Positions 55,798 through 64,000 of a stretch of 64,000 nt of DNA are shown one piece after another. This DNA comes from Candidatus Eremiobacteria bacterium (GTDB lineage Bacteria > Vulcanimicrobiota > Vulcanimicrobiia > Vulcanimicrobiales > Vulcanimicrobiaceae). The notes beneath the pieces were generated by a model that saw nothing but the letters and a program-made list of their open reading frames with translations, was not told where the DNA came from and did no database searches. The stretch covers positions 1,536,001 through 1,600,000 of the forward strand of contig CAVTRC010000001.1 of assembly GCA_963737065.1 (NCBI GenBank), written 5' to 3'. Numbering within the stretch: the stretch's first letter is position 1; each line of letters begins with the position of its first letter. Both the position numbers and the translations under genes were made by a program.

Positions 55798-56890
55798 CGA
55801 CTCCCCTATTCCCACCTCGCGCGAAGTCGAAGCCCATGCTGTAGTCATAGGCGCCGGCGTCAGCGATGACGATCGCCTCGATCGCATCCACTTCGGCGGG
55901 CAGCCGCACGTCGCCGCGGATGACGTCGTATTCGAGGCACGTGCATCCGAGAATACGATCCGGCCCGCGGTCGAGCAGCGTGATATCGCCGTCGGTCACG
56001 GCGAGCACACGGTGCGGGAACGAGCGGATCTGCGGAACGTCGGGGTACCCGGCGTCGACGACGACGTCGGTGACACCGTTGCAGCGGCGGATTTCGAGAA
56101 CCGGTGCAACGACGAACGCGCATGGCGTAACGACGGCTTGCCCCGGTTCCGCGAAGATCGCGTGTGCGGAGGGCAGCGCGGCCACGGTTTCCCGGAGCAG
56201 CCACGCGAAGTCACCGGCGGCGAGCGACTGATCGAACTCTACCGGCGTCTTTCCGCCGCCGACGTCGAACACGGTGACTTTCGCGCTCGTTCGGCGCTCG
56301 ATTTCGCGCGCAACGTCGATCGCCGACGCGACGATTTGCCGCCACGATCGATCTCCGAAGTCCTCCGGACGCACGTGCAGTGATACCGCGGTGGTTCGCC
56401 GCCCGCTCGCGCGGATCGCATCGCAGATCGCGTCGAGCTGTGATTCGACGATTCCGAATCGCGACGGAATGCCGGGCGGACGAACTCGAATGCCGACGAG
56501 CGCGCCGTCTAACCGGCGCGCGTTCTCGACGAACGCTTCGGGTGAATCGGAAAGAACGATTGCGGGAACGTCGCCCGCGCGCCACGCGGGGTGCGGCCCG
56601 TTGTAGATCGTGCGATTCGCAAAACCGATCCGATGAGCGAGCTCGAGTTCTTGCGGGCCGATCACTTCCGCATACAGTCCCGCTTCGTTCGCGAGCGCGA
56701 GCAACTCCGGATCGGGGTTCGTTTTTACGCTGTACGCGAAGCGCAGCGGCGCGCGCAGCGATTCGACGACGGCGAGCGCTTGAAAGTTGCGCCGCAACAC
56801 GTCGTAGAGCACGTAGCGCGTCCGGCGCGTGGGATCGGGATTTACGCGGGCGACGGCAATTCGGAGCGCGTCGTCATCGAGAGCGAGCAC
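55769..56890 (-). CDS. Fold-type III PLP-dependent decarboxylase (diaminopimelate/ornithine/arginine decarboxylase family)
   Basis: YSVKTNP (PLP lysine), YNGP, SRFGI, DVGGG, EPGQ, VDAG, GCTCLEYD, AGAY. Confidence 0.82.
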   Translation of the reverse strand: MLALDDDALRIAVARVNPDPTRRTRYVLYDVLRRNFQALAVVESLRAPLRFAYSVKTNPDPELLALANEAGLYAEVIGPQELELAHRIGFANRTIYNGPHPAWRAGDVPAIVLSDSPEAFVENARRLDGALVGIRVRPPGIPSRFGIVESQLDAICDAIRASGRRTTAVSLHVRPEDFGDRSWRQIVASAIDVAREIERRTSAKVTVFDVGGGKTPVEFDQSLAAGDFAWLLRETVAALPSAHAIFAEPGQAVVTPCAFVVAPVLEIRRCNGVTDVVVDAGYPDVPQIRSFPHRVLAVTDGDITLLDRGPDRILGCTCLEYDVIRGDVRLPAEVDAIEAIVIADAGAYDYSMGFDFARGGNRGVDDRIGVPGG

Positions 56891-57056
56891 ACTGTGCTTG
56901 TACCCGCGCGCAACGGCACCGCAAGCGGAGCTCCATAGACAAATGATGCGATGATCACTGCTGCAATGATGACATGCAGCATCGTAGGCCGTGAAAAACC
57001 GCCGCGAGCTTGCCGCGAAGTTTTATTACCTACGCGCAAAGTGGGAACGATGGGGC

Positions 57057-57125
57057 ATGCGCAAGGAAGTCGTTACACTGCCCGATGGGCGCTACCTCAT
57101 CTGCTACACGTCCGAGGCGCGATAA
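57057..57125 (+). CDS. 22-aa small ORF translationally coupled to galT
   Basis: MRKEVVTLPDGRYLICYTSEAR*, whose TAA overlaps the galT ATG (TAATG). Confidence 0.5.
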   Translation: MRKEVVTLPDGRYLICYTSEAR

Positions 57126-58093
57126 TGTCCGAACTTCGATGGAACGCGTTGCTTGGTCAATGGGTCGCGACGGCAACACATCGGAATGCGCGGACGTTCC
57201 TGCCGCCGGCCGAATTCTGTCCGCTCTGCCCCACCGAAAGCGGCGGATTAGAAAGGGAAATTCTCGCCCGATCGTACGACGTGGCGGTTTTCGAAAATCG
57301 CTTCCCGAGTTTGCGTACGCCGCCGCCCGAGCCGGTGCTCGAAACCGCCGGGCACTTCGCCGTCGCGCCGGCGGCCGGGACATGCGAAGTCGTCCTCTAC
57401 ACCTCGCGTCATGATGCGACGCTTGCTGATCTCGACGTTACCGAAGTTCGAAACCTCGTCGACGTATGGACGGACCGCACGCGTGAACTCGGCGAACGAG
57501 GCGAGATCGCCTACGTGTACGTGTTCGAAAACAAAGGTGAAGAAATCGGCGTAACGCTCCATCATCCGCACGGACAGATTTACGCGTACCCGTTCATACC
57601 GCCGGTCATTCTGAAAGAGCTGGAGCAGTTTGCACGCTACGATGACGAGCACGATGCGTGTCTGCTGTGCGATCTGCGCGACGATGAAGTGAGGTACGAC
57701 AAGCGCGTCGTTGCGAGCGACGAGCGCTTTACGGCCTACGTTCCGTTCGCCGCGCGGTGGCCGTACGAGGTGCATATCGTGAGCGCGCGGCATTTCGGCG
57801 CATTCACCGAATTCAGCGATGAGGAGAAAGACGCGTTCGCCGGCATGCTCTTGCGCGTCGTGCGCGCCTACGATCGGGTCTTCGACCGCTCCTTTCCATA
57901 CGTCATGGCGATGCATCAGCGTCCCATACACGGCAACCCTGAGGGTTACCATTTTCACGCCGAATTCTATCCGCCGTTGCGCACCGAACGGCGCTTGAAA
58001 TTTCTCGCAGGTTCGGAACTCGGTGCCGGGATGTTCATCAACGATACGTTGCCCGAGGAAACGGCAGCGCGAATTCGCGAGGGGATGAGGTGA
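57125..58093 (+). CDS. galT: Galactose-1-phosphate uridylyltransferase
   Basis: MSELRWNALLGQWV, CPLCP, FENRFPSL, FENKGEEIGVTLHHPHGQIYA (HPH), KFLAGSELG. Confidence 0.95.
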   Translation: MSELRWNALLGQWVATATHRNARTFLPPAEFCPLCPTESGGLEREILARSYDVAVFENRFPSLRTPPPEPVLETAGHFAVAPAAGTCEVVLYTSRHDATLADLDVTEVRNLVDVWTDRTRELGERGEIAYVYVFENKGEEIGVTLHHPHGQIYAYPFIPPVILKELEQFARYDDEHDACLLCDLRDDEVRYDKRVVASDERFTAYVPFAARWPYEVHIVSARHFGAFTEFSDEEKDAFAGMLLRVVRAYDRVFDRSFPYVMAMHQRPIHGNPEGYHFHAEFYPPLRTERRLKFLAGSELGAGMFINDTLPEETAARIREGMR

Positions 58094-59253
58094 CCGTAGC
58101 GGAGCGCGTACGCATTGCGCATCGAAAAATGTTCGGAAAGAAGCAGCCGCGCCTCTTTGCCGCACCCGGCCGCGTGAATCTGATCGGCGAGCATACCGAC
58201 TACAACGACGGCTTTGTTCTGCCGATCGCGATCGACCGATGGACGGTTGCGGGCGCGTCGCCCAATGAGAGCGACGTCGTGCGCATTCATTCGCTTGAAC
58301 TCCAGGATCGTGTCGACATCCCGATCGCTGCACCGTTTCGCCGCCGGTCCGGCTGGCATGATTACGCGGCCGGCGTCGTTGCTGCGATCGCGGAAGAACA
58401 TGCGCTCGAATGCGGGGTCGATATTACGATCGGAACCGATGTCCCAATCGGCGGCGGCCTTTCGTCGTCCGCGTCGTTCGAACTCGCGCTCGCGCAAGCG
58501 CTCGTTTCGTTCGCCGGAATTGAAACGAATCCGGATCGTCTAGCGGCGTTCGGCCGGCGTGCAGAGCACGACTACGTCGGCATCCGGAGCGGGGCGATGG
58601 ATCAGCTTGCCGTCGCGCACGGCATTGTAGACAGCGCGCTTTTCATCGATTGCCGCACGTTGGCCGTCGCGCCGGTTGCGTTCCCTGCGGGTGTTACGGT
58701 TGCAGTAATGGACACCGGCGTGAAGCATTCGCTGGCGACCTCGGCGTACAACGAGCGACGTGAAGAGTGCGAGCGAGGCGTCGCGCTTCTCAAAACGGCT
58801 GGAGTCGACATCGAAGCATTGCGCGACCTCACGCCGCAGACGTTGCAAGCGAACGAAGCGCGGTTGCCGTCTCCGGTACGCGAGCGCGTGCGCCACGTCG
58901 TCGACGAAGACGAGCGGACGAAAGCAGCCGTTGCGGCTCTAGCTGAAGGCGACGTTGCGCAAGTCGGCCGGCTGATGAATGAATCGCACGCGTCGTTGCG
59001 CGATCTCTACGAAGTGTCGATTCCCGAACTCGATGAGCTCGTCTCGCTTGCACGTCGCGTTGACGGCGTATACGGCGCGCGCATGACGGGCGGCGGCTTT
59101 GGGGGATGCGCGATTGCGCTGGTGGACGACGACGCTGCGGAGAACCTGCTCGCGCACGTAACGAGTCAGTATTACAGCGTGCGAAACCTTGCGGCGGCCG
59201 CGTTCCTTACCGGAGCCTGTACCGGCGCACACGAGATACGAGCCGAAGCTTAA
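58090..59253 (+). CDS. galK: Galactokinase
   Basis: APGRVNLIGEHTDYNDGFVLP, PIGGGLSSSAS, MDQ, YNERR, GARMTGGGFGGC. Confidence 0.95.
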   Translation: MTVAERVRIAHRKMFGKKQPRLFAAPGRVNLIGEHTDYNDGFVLPIAIDRWTVAGASPNESDVVRIHSLELQDRVDIPIAAPFRRRSGWHDYAAGVVAAIAEEHALECGVDITIGTDVPIGGGLSSSASFELALAQALVSFAGIETNPDRLAAFGRRAEHDYVGIRSGAMDQLAVAHGIVDSALFIDCRTLAVAPVAFPAGVTVAVMDTGVKHSLATSAYNERREECERGVALLKTAGVDIEALRDLTPQTLQANEARLPSPVRERVRHVVDEDERTKAAVAALAEGDVAQVGRLMNESHASLRDLYEVSIPELDELVSLARRVDGVYGARMTGGGFGGCAIALVDDDAAENLLAHVTSQYYSVRNLAAAAFLTGACTGAHEIRAEA

Positions 59254-59416
59254 GATTGCGCTGCTTCAAGTCGGTTCGCAGTAACGCGCGCGTCGCTTCA
59301 GCGCTCGCTCACGGTGTATTCCAGGCACGTATCCCGGGTCGCAAGCGCGATGTTCAGTGTCATGCCGTAGACAAGCGACGTTTGAGGGGCGGCGTGCGCT
59401 GGTATTGAGTGACGCA

Positions 59417-60532
59417 ATGCTTCGCACAGGTACACCGCTGCTCTGCTTCTCGCACCTTCGCTGGGACTTCGTGTTCCAGCGGCCGCAACACATTATCAGT
59501 CGACTCGCTCAACGGCAGCCGGCTTTTTTTTGGGAAGAGCCGGAACGAACTGAGCGCGAGCCGTTTCTCGAAGCGCGTCGCGACGGCAACGTAACCGTAC
59601 TTAAGCCACGCTTGCCTTCCACGTTGCACGGGACGGCACGCGATACTGCGCAGCGCCGCCTGCTCGATTCGTTCATCGCAGCGCGCAAGATTGAAGATCC
59701 GATCCTGTGGTACTACACGCCGATGGCGCTCGAATTCTCGGGTCACCTCGGCGGGATGCGCGTGTACGACTGCATGGACGAGCTCTCGCTCTTCCAAGGC
59801 GCTCCCGCGGAACTGACGGCAAACGAGCGAAAGCTGCTGTCAATCGCGGATATCGTGTTCACCGGCGGGAGAAGTTTGTACTACTCCAAGCGCCGTGCGC
59901 ACGCGAACGTCCATTGTTTCCCGAGCGCCGTCGAGGCGGCGCATTTCGCACGCCGCGGCTTCGATGAACCCGCCGATATGCGCGACGTGCGCCGTCCGCG
60001 TATGGGCTTCTACGGCGTCATTGACGAACGGTTCGATCGTGAATTCGTGCGCGAGCTTGCCGCAGATCTGCACGACTGGTCGCTGATCTTCATCGGCCCC
60101 GTCGTCAAAATCGATCCGGCCGAGTTACCGCGCGGCGAGAACATCCATTACATCGGTATGAAATCGTACGCGGAGTTGCCGGCGTATCTCGAACACTGGG
60201 ACGTCGCGCTCTTGCCCTTTGCTCGCAACGATGCAACGCGTTTCATCAGTCCGACGAAAACGCTCGAATATCTCGCCGCGCACAAGCCCGTAATCTCGAC
60301 GCCGATCGCCGATGTCGTCGATCCGTACGGTACCGAAGGCCTCGTAACGATCGCGGAAACGCCGCGAGCCGCGGCATCGGCCGCGCGCATTGCGTTGCAC
60401 GATGCGCAGCCGGAACAGTGGCATGCGCGCGTCGACGAGTTGCTCGAAACCATGTCGTGGGATCGCACCGTGAACGAAATGGGCGCGCGGATCGATGACG
60501 TTCACGACCGTACGATTGAGGTAGCCGGGTGA
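59417..60532 (+). CDS. GT-B glycosyltransferase associated with UDP-galactopyranose mutase
   Basis: CFSHLRWDFVFQRPQH, WYYTPMA, YDCMDELS, GFYGVIDER, TRFISPTKTLEYLA. Confidence 0.88.
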   Translation: MLRTGTPLLCFSHLRWDFVFQRPQHIISRLAQRQPAFFWEEPERTEREPFLEARRDGNVTVLKPRLPSTLHGTARDTAQRRLLDSFIAARKIEDPILWYYTPMALEFSGHLGGMRVYDCMDELSLFQGAPAELTANERKLLSIADIVFTGGRSLYYSKRRAHANVHCFPSAVEAAHFARRGFDEPADMRDVRRPRMGFYGVIDERFDREFVRELAADLHDWSLIFIGPVVKIDPAELPRGENIHYIGMKSYAELPAYLEHWDVALLPFARNDATRFISPTKTLEYLAAHKPVISTPIADVVDPYGTEGLVTIAETPRAAASAARIALHDAQPEQWHARVDELLETMSWDRTVNEMGARIDDVHDRTIEVAG

Positions 60533-61653
60533 AGAAGCCGCACATCGACTATCTCGTTGTCGGCGCTGGATTCGCGGGCAGCGTCATCGCAGAACGGCTA
60601 GCGGCTGACGGCGGCAGGCGAGTGCTGGTCGTCGATCGCCGCCCGCACGTCGGCGGCAACGCGTATGACTGCAAGAATGCCGACGGTATTTTGATCCATC
60701 AGTACGGTCCGCACATTTTCCACACGAACTCCGCGGAAGTGTTCAAATATCTTTCGCGGTTTACGCACTGGCGCGCGTACGAGCATCGCGTCCTTGCATC
60801 GGTGCGCAACATGCTCCTGCCGATGCCGATCAATCTCGATACGGTCAACCGCCTTTACGGCCTACAACTCGAGAGCGACGATTTGGAGGCGTTCTTCGCG
60901 GAGCGCGCTGAGCGCATCGAGCGTGTTCGCACGTCGGAAGATGTCGTCGTCTCACGCATCGGACGCGAGCTCTACGAACTGTTCTTTGCCGGCTATACTC
61001 GCAAACAGTGGGGCCTGGACCCGAGCCAGCTCGACGCCTCCGTAACCTCGCGCATTCCCATTCGCACCGATCGCGACGACCGGTATTTCAACGACACGTT
61101 CCAGGCAATGCCGTTGCACGGCTATACGCACATGTTCGGAAACATGCTCGATCATCCCAACCTTTCGCTGATGTTGGGCGTCGACTACCGCGACGTCATC
61201 GACGAGGTCGACGCCGCGGAGATCGTCTACACCGGCCCGATCGATGAATATTTCGGCTACCGCTTCGGGAAATTACCGTACCGCTCGCTGCGGTTCGATC
61301 ATCAAACGATCGATCGCGAGTGGTTGCAGCCGGTCGCGGTCGTGAATTATCCGACAGACCAGCCATACACACGTGTAACCGAGTATAAGCATCTCACCGG
61401 GCAAACGCATGCGAAGACGAGCGTCACATACGAATACGCGCAAAGCGAGGGGGATCCATACTATCCCGTTCCGCGACCCGAAAACGCTGTGATCTACGCG
61501 CAATACAAGGCGCTTGCCGACGCGACCGCCGGCGTCCACTTCGTCGGGCGCCTCGCGACGTACAAGTACTACAACATGGACCAAGTCGTTGCGCAAGCGC
61601 TGACGGCGTACGCGAAAATCAAGGGCGCTCAAACATGGACACAGGTGGCGTAG
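60529..61653 (+). CDS. glf: UDP-galactopyranose mutase
   Basis: VGAGFAG, GGNAYD, YGPHIFHT, YTRKQWG, RYFND, LPYRSL, PYYP, GRLATYKYYNMDQ. Confidence 0.96.
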   Translation: MKKPHIDYLVVGAGFAGSVIAERLAADGGRRVLVVDRRPHVGGNAYDCKNADGILIHQYGPHIFHTNSAEVFKYLSRFTHWRAYEHRVLASVRNMLLPMPINLDTVNRLYGLQLESDDLEAFFAERAERIERVRTSEDVVVSRIGRELYELFFAGYTRKQWGLDPSQLDASVTSRIPIRTDRDDRYFNDTFQAMPLHGYTHMFGNMLDHPNLSLMLGVDYRDVIDEVDAAEIVYTGPIDEYFGYRFGKLPYRSLRFDHQTIDREWLQPVAVVNYPTDQPYTRVTEYKHLTGQTHAKTSVTYEYAQSEGDPYYPVPRPENAVIYAQYKALADATAGVHFVGRLATYKYYNMDQVVAQALTAYAKIKGAQTWTQVA

Positions 61654-62933
61654 AGATTTGGGGCGGTATCGAATGTACCGTCGCTCGCGTTCACGAGCGG
61701 GTCGTCGATCAAACGCACCGCACCGGACATCACCACCGCCTCAATGACCTTGATGCGATTGCGTCGCTCGGCATAAAAACGCTCCGGTACCCCGTGCTTT
61801 GGGAACGCATTGCACCCAACGGGGTCGATTCGGCTGATTGGTCGTGGACGGACGAGCGGCTCGCGCGCATGCGGGAGCTCGGCATCGAGCCGATCGTGAC
61901 GCTCCTCCATCATGGAAGCGGCCCGTTCGATACCAATCTGCTCGATCCGCAATTTCCGCACAAGCTCGCGCGATTCGCGCGCGCGGTAGCGCAACGGTAT
62001 CCGTGGCTGCGCAAGTTCACGCCCGTCAACGAACCGCTCACGACGGCGCGCTTCTCGGCGTTATACGGTCACTGGTATCCACATGCAACGGACGTCGTGT
62101 CGTTTGGGCGCGCGCTGCTCAACCAAGTCGAAGCGGTCGCGTGCGCGATGCGGGCGATCCGCGAAGTGATTCCGGACGCGCAACTCGTTCAAACGGAAGA
62201 TGTCGGCAAGACGTATGCGACGCTCGAACTGCAGTATCAAGCGCTGCACGAGAACGAACGGCGGTGGACGTCGCTCGACTTACTGTGCGGAAGGTTCGAC
62301 CGGAATCTAGAGATGCGACGGTTTTTCGACGGTGTGGGCGTCGACGTCAGTGATGCCGTGCTGGAACGATGCATCTGCCCACCCGATATTCTGGGGTTCA
62401 ACTACTACGTTACGAGCGAACGAATGTTGGATCATCGCCTCGAACGCTATCCCGGGCTCGCGGTCGGCGGTAACGGGCGCGACCGCTACGTCGACGTTGA
62501 AGCGGTTCGCGTTCGCGACGAGCCTCTCGGCGCGATCGCGTCGCTCGGAGCGGAGGCATGGAAACGATATCGTCGTCCGATTGCGATCACCGAAGCACAC
62601 CTCGCCGCGCCGTGCGTAGAGCAGATCCGCTGGCTTGAAGACCTCTATGCGCAGACGCAAGCGCTACGCGCATCGGGAGCCGACGTACGCGCGTTTACGG
62701 TCTGGGCGCTCTTCGGAGCATTTGATTGGAACTCGCTCTTGACCGTGCATTCGGACTATTACGAGAGCGGGTGCTTCGACGTCGGCAACGGCTTTCCACG
62801 CCCGACGCTTATTGCGCAATGGATTTCCGCACGCGCGCGCGGCGAGCGACTCCACCATCCTGCGCTTGCGTCCGCGGGATGGTGGCGTTGCGATGACCGT
62901 TTCATTGTCGCCGGCGGCGAACTCGCGTCGTAG
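61635..62933 (+). CDS. Family 1 glycoside hydrolase-like protein
   Basis: WGGIECT, LRYPVLWERIAP, LLHHGSGP, TPVNEP (acid/base), NYY, ITEAH (nucleophile). Confidence 0.85.
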   Translation: MDTGGVEIWGGIECTVARVHERVVDQTHRTGHHHRLNDLDAIASLGIKTLRYPVLWERIAPNGVDSADWSWTDERLARMRELGIEPIVTLLHHGSGPFDTNLLDPQFPHKLARFARAVAQRYPWLRKFTPVNEPLTTARFSALYGHWYPHATDVVSFGRALLNQVEAVACAMRAIREVIPDAQLVQTEDVGKTYATLELQYQALHENERRWTSLDLLCGRFDRNLEMRRFFDGVGVDVSDAVLERCICPPDILGFNYYVTSERMLDHRLERYPGLAVGGNGRDRYVDVEAVRVRDEPLGAIASLGAEAWKRYRRPIAITEAHLAAPCVEQIRWLEDLYAQTQALRASGADVRAFTVWALFGAFDWNSLLTVHSDYYESGCFDVGNGFPRPTLIAQWISARARGERLHHPALASAGWWRCDDRFIVAGGELAS

Positions 62934-62938
62934 CGCGT

Positions 62939-63256
62939 CTAGTTCTTCGCCGCGTCCGCCATGCGCTTCGCAGCGTCGGCGAACTGCTTTTGCGTTTCGG
63001 CCGCAAGCTCGGCGAGCTTGGTCATGTACTCTTTGCGCGTTTCCAGCATCTCGTTCGTGAACGCGAACGTGCGGTCCATGAACTCAGACGGGGTCGGCAT
63101 CGTGAGCTTGGTGGCGTCGGTGACGTCAAACGCGGGCGCTTGCGCGATCAGCGATGCGAACGACTCAAGCGTGTTCACGTTAAGCTCTTGCGCCTGCTTC
63201 AGGCTGTTCAGAAACTGTTCTTGCGCCTTTTCAAAATACTCGATGTAGCTGTTCAT
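62939..63256 (-). CDS. Phasin-like amphipathic helical protein
   Basis: MNSYIEYFEKAQEQFL...PTPSEFMDRTFAFTNEMLETRKEY..., RBS GAGG, upstream TATACT. Confidence 0.55.
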   Translation of the reverse strand: MNSYIEYFEKAQEQFLNSLKQAQELNVNTLESFASLIAQAPAFDVTDATKLTMPTPSEFMDRTFAFTNEMLETRKEYMTKLAELAAETQKQFADAAKRMADAAKN

Positions 63257-63321
63257 TCTGTCCTCGGATGGCATTGTGGTCTGCTAAGTATACCAAGCTA
63301 AAGCGAGGCGCGTCAAGGGAG

Positions 63322-63510
63322 GCGCTGTTGTGGGCCGTCGCCGATCCCGATAACTCGCGCGAGGCGCGTGCGCCACCGAGGATACCGGCGCACGTGCTGG
63401 CTGCCGCTGCGCTGCCCGAGCTCCACCGCGACCCGTTCGATCGCAGCACGATCGCGCAAGCGCAACTCGAGGGATTGACGTTCGTGACGCGCGACGCGGA
63501 AAACCACAAC
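63322..63510 (+). pseudogene. VapC/PIN toxin remnant
   Basis: ALLWAVADP and AHVLAAAALPELHRDPFDRSTIAQAQLEGLTFVTRD are present, but LLDTH and the SxWE segment are missing and there is no antitoxin. Confidence 0.7.
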
Positions 63511-63547
63511 TATCGGTGCACATTCTGCGTGCATGACGCAGCGTGGG

Positions 63548-63901
63548 TTAGGCGCGTTCTCCGATGAAGCCGCGGTAGACGCGGATTAGCGTGTCCTTTT
63601 GTTCCGCAGTCAAACGCGGATCGAGTTTGATCGCCGATTCAACGGCGTCAGCTGCTTCGTTGCGCACGTCTTCATCGAGCAACCCGGCTTGCGTGTAGAA
63701 TGTCTCGGCCGAAAGATGCAGCGCTTTGGCAATTTGCTTGAGCACTTCCGCGGATGGCTTATATAAGCCGCGTTCGACTTGGCTCAAGTACGGATTCGAA
63801 ACTTTGGCAAGATCCGCAAGCTGCCGGAGAGAGAGATTCGCGAGCTCGCGTTGCGTACGGATGAATTCGCCGAGGCCTTTGAGATGATCGCGATTGTTCA
63901 T
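63548..63901 (-). CDS. XRE-family HTH transcriptional regulator
   Basis: LGEFIRTQRELANLSLRQLADLAKVSNPYLSQVERGLYKPSAEVL...DPRLTAEQK. Confidence 0.92.
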   Translation of the reverse strand: MNNRDHLKGLGEFIRTQRELANLSLRQLADLAKVSNPYLSQVERGLYKPSAEVLKQIAKALHLSAETFYTQAGLLDEDVRNEAADAVESAIKLDPRLTAEQKDTLIRVYRGFIGERA

Positions 63902-64000
63902 GCTTCCACCGTCGATTCATTACGAACGTAGAGGCCCGGCGCCGGTTCCCCGCCTTCCGGCAACGGATACGGCGTGCGCTGCGCGCCGCCGTGTGCGCCG

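Noticed and set aside
54083..57056. Guanidine riboswitch controlling the DUF1989 gene
   Set aside because: The gene is last in an overlapping operon, and I could not recognise a ykkC or mini-ykkC motif in the 56890-57056 leader. No covariance search was run.

Overview
A 64-kb window of a high-GC diderm bacterium. The combination of TamB, an OmpH-like protein, a TonB-dependent receptor and actinobacterial-style regulators suggests Candidatus Eremiobacterota/Vulcanimicrobiota, but this is inference only. Many genes, including the housekeeping genes dnaX and recR, are broken by 1-2 nt indels, which points to an unpolished long-read assembly rather than true pseudogenes. Gene order: dipeptidase, tamB, ompH-like, large prepilin-type protein, lipoprotein, hemerythrin, secreted protein, recQ, dnaX-ybaB-recR, an AT-richer three-gene island (putative reader domain + PD-(D/E)xK nuclease, MazG-like pyrophosphatase, DUF2075 nuclease-helicase), a macA...macB efflux set split by SDR/Uma2/vapBC/pRiA4b-YecA genes, a DUF4160/DUF2442 toxin-antitoxin pair, patatin, a MEDS-GAF-PP2C-HATPase regulator, a peptide-utilisation locus (class 3 asparaginase, ABC peptide-binding protein fused to a cyanophycinase-like S51 peptidase, AAA-LuxR regulator, TonB-dependent receptor, S9 peptidase), glcDEF with a lactate permease, a two-component system, a four-gene operon (PLP decarboxylase, GT2, YqcI/YcgG N-hydroxylase, DUF1989) divergent from galT-galK-GT-glf-GH1, a phasin-like protein and an XRE regulator. 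The best candidates for undescribed systems are the recR-linked putative defence island, the binding protein-cyanophycinase fusion locus, and the decarboxylase/GT/N-hydroxylase/DUF1989 operon. No rRNA, tRNA, CRISPR array, integrase or transposase was recognised.
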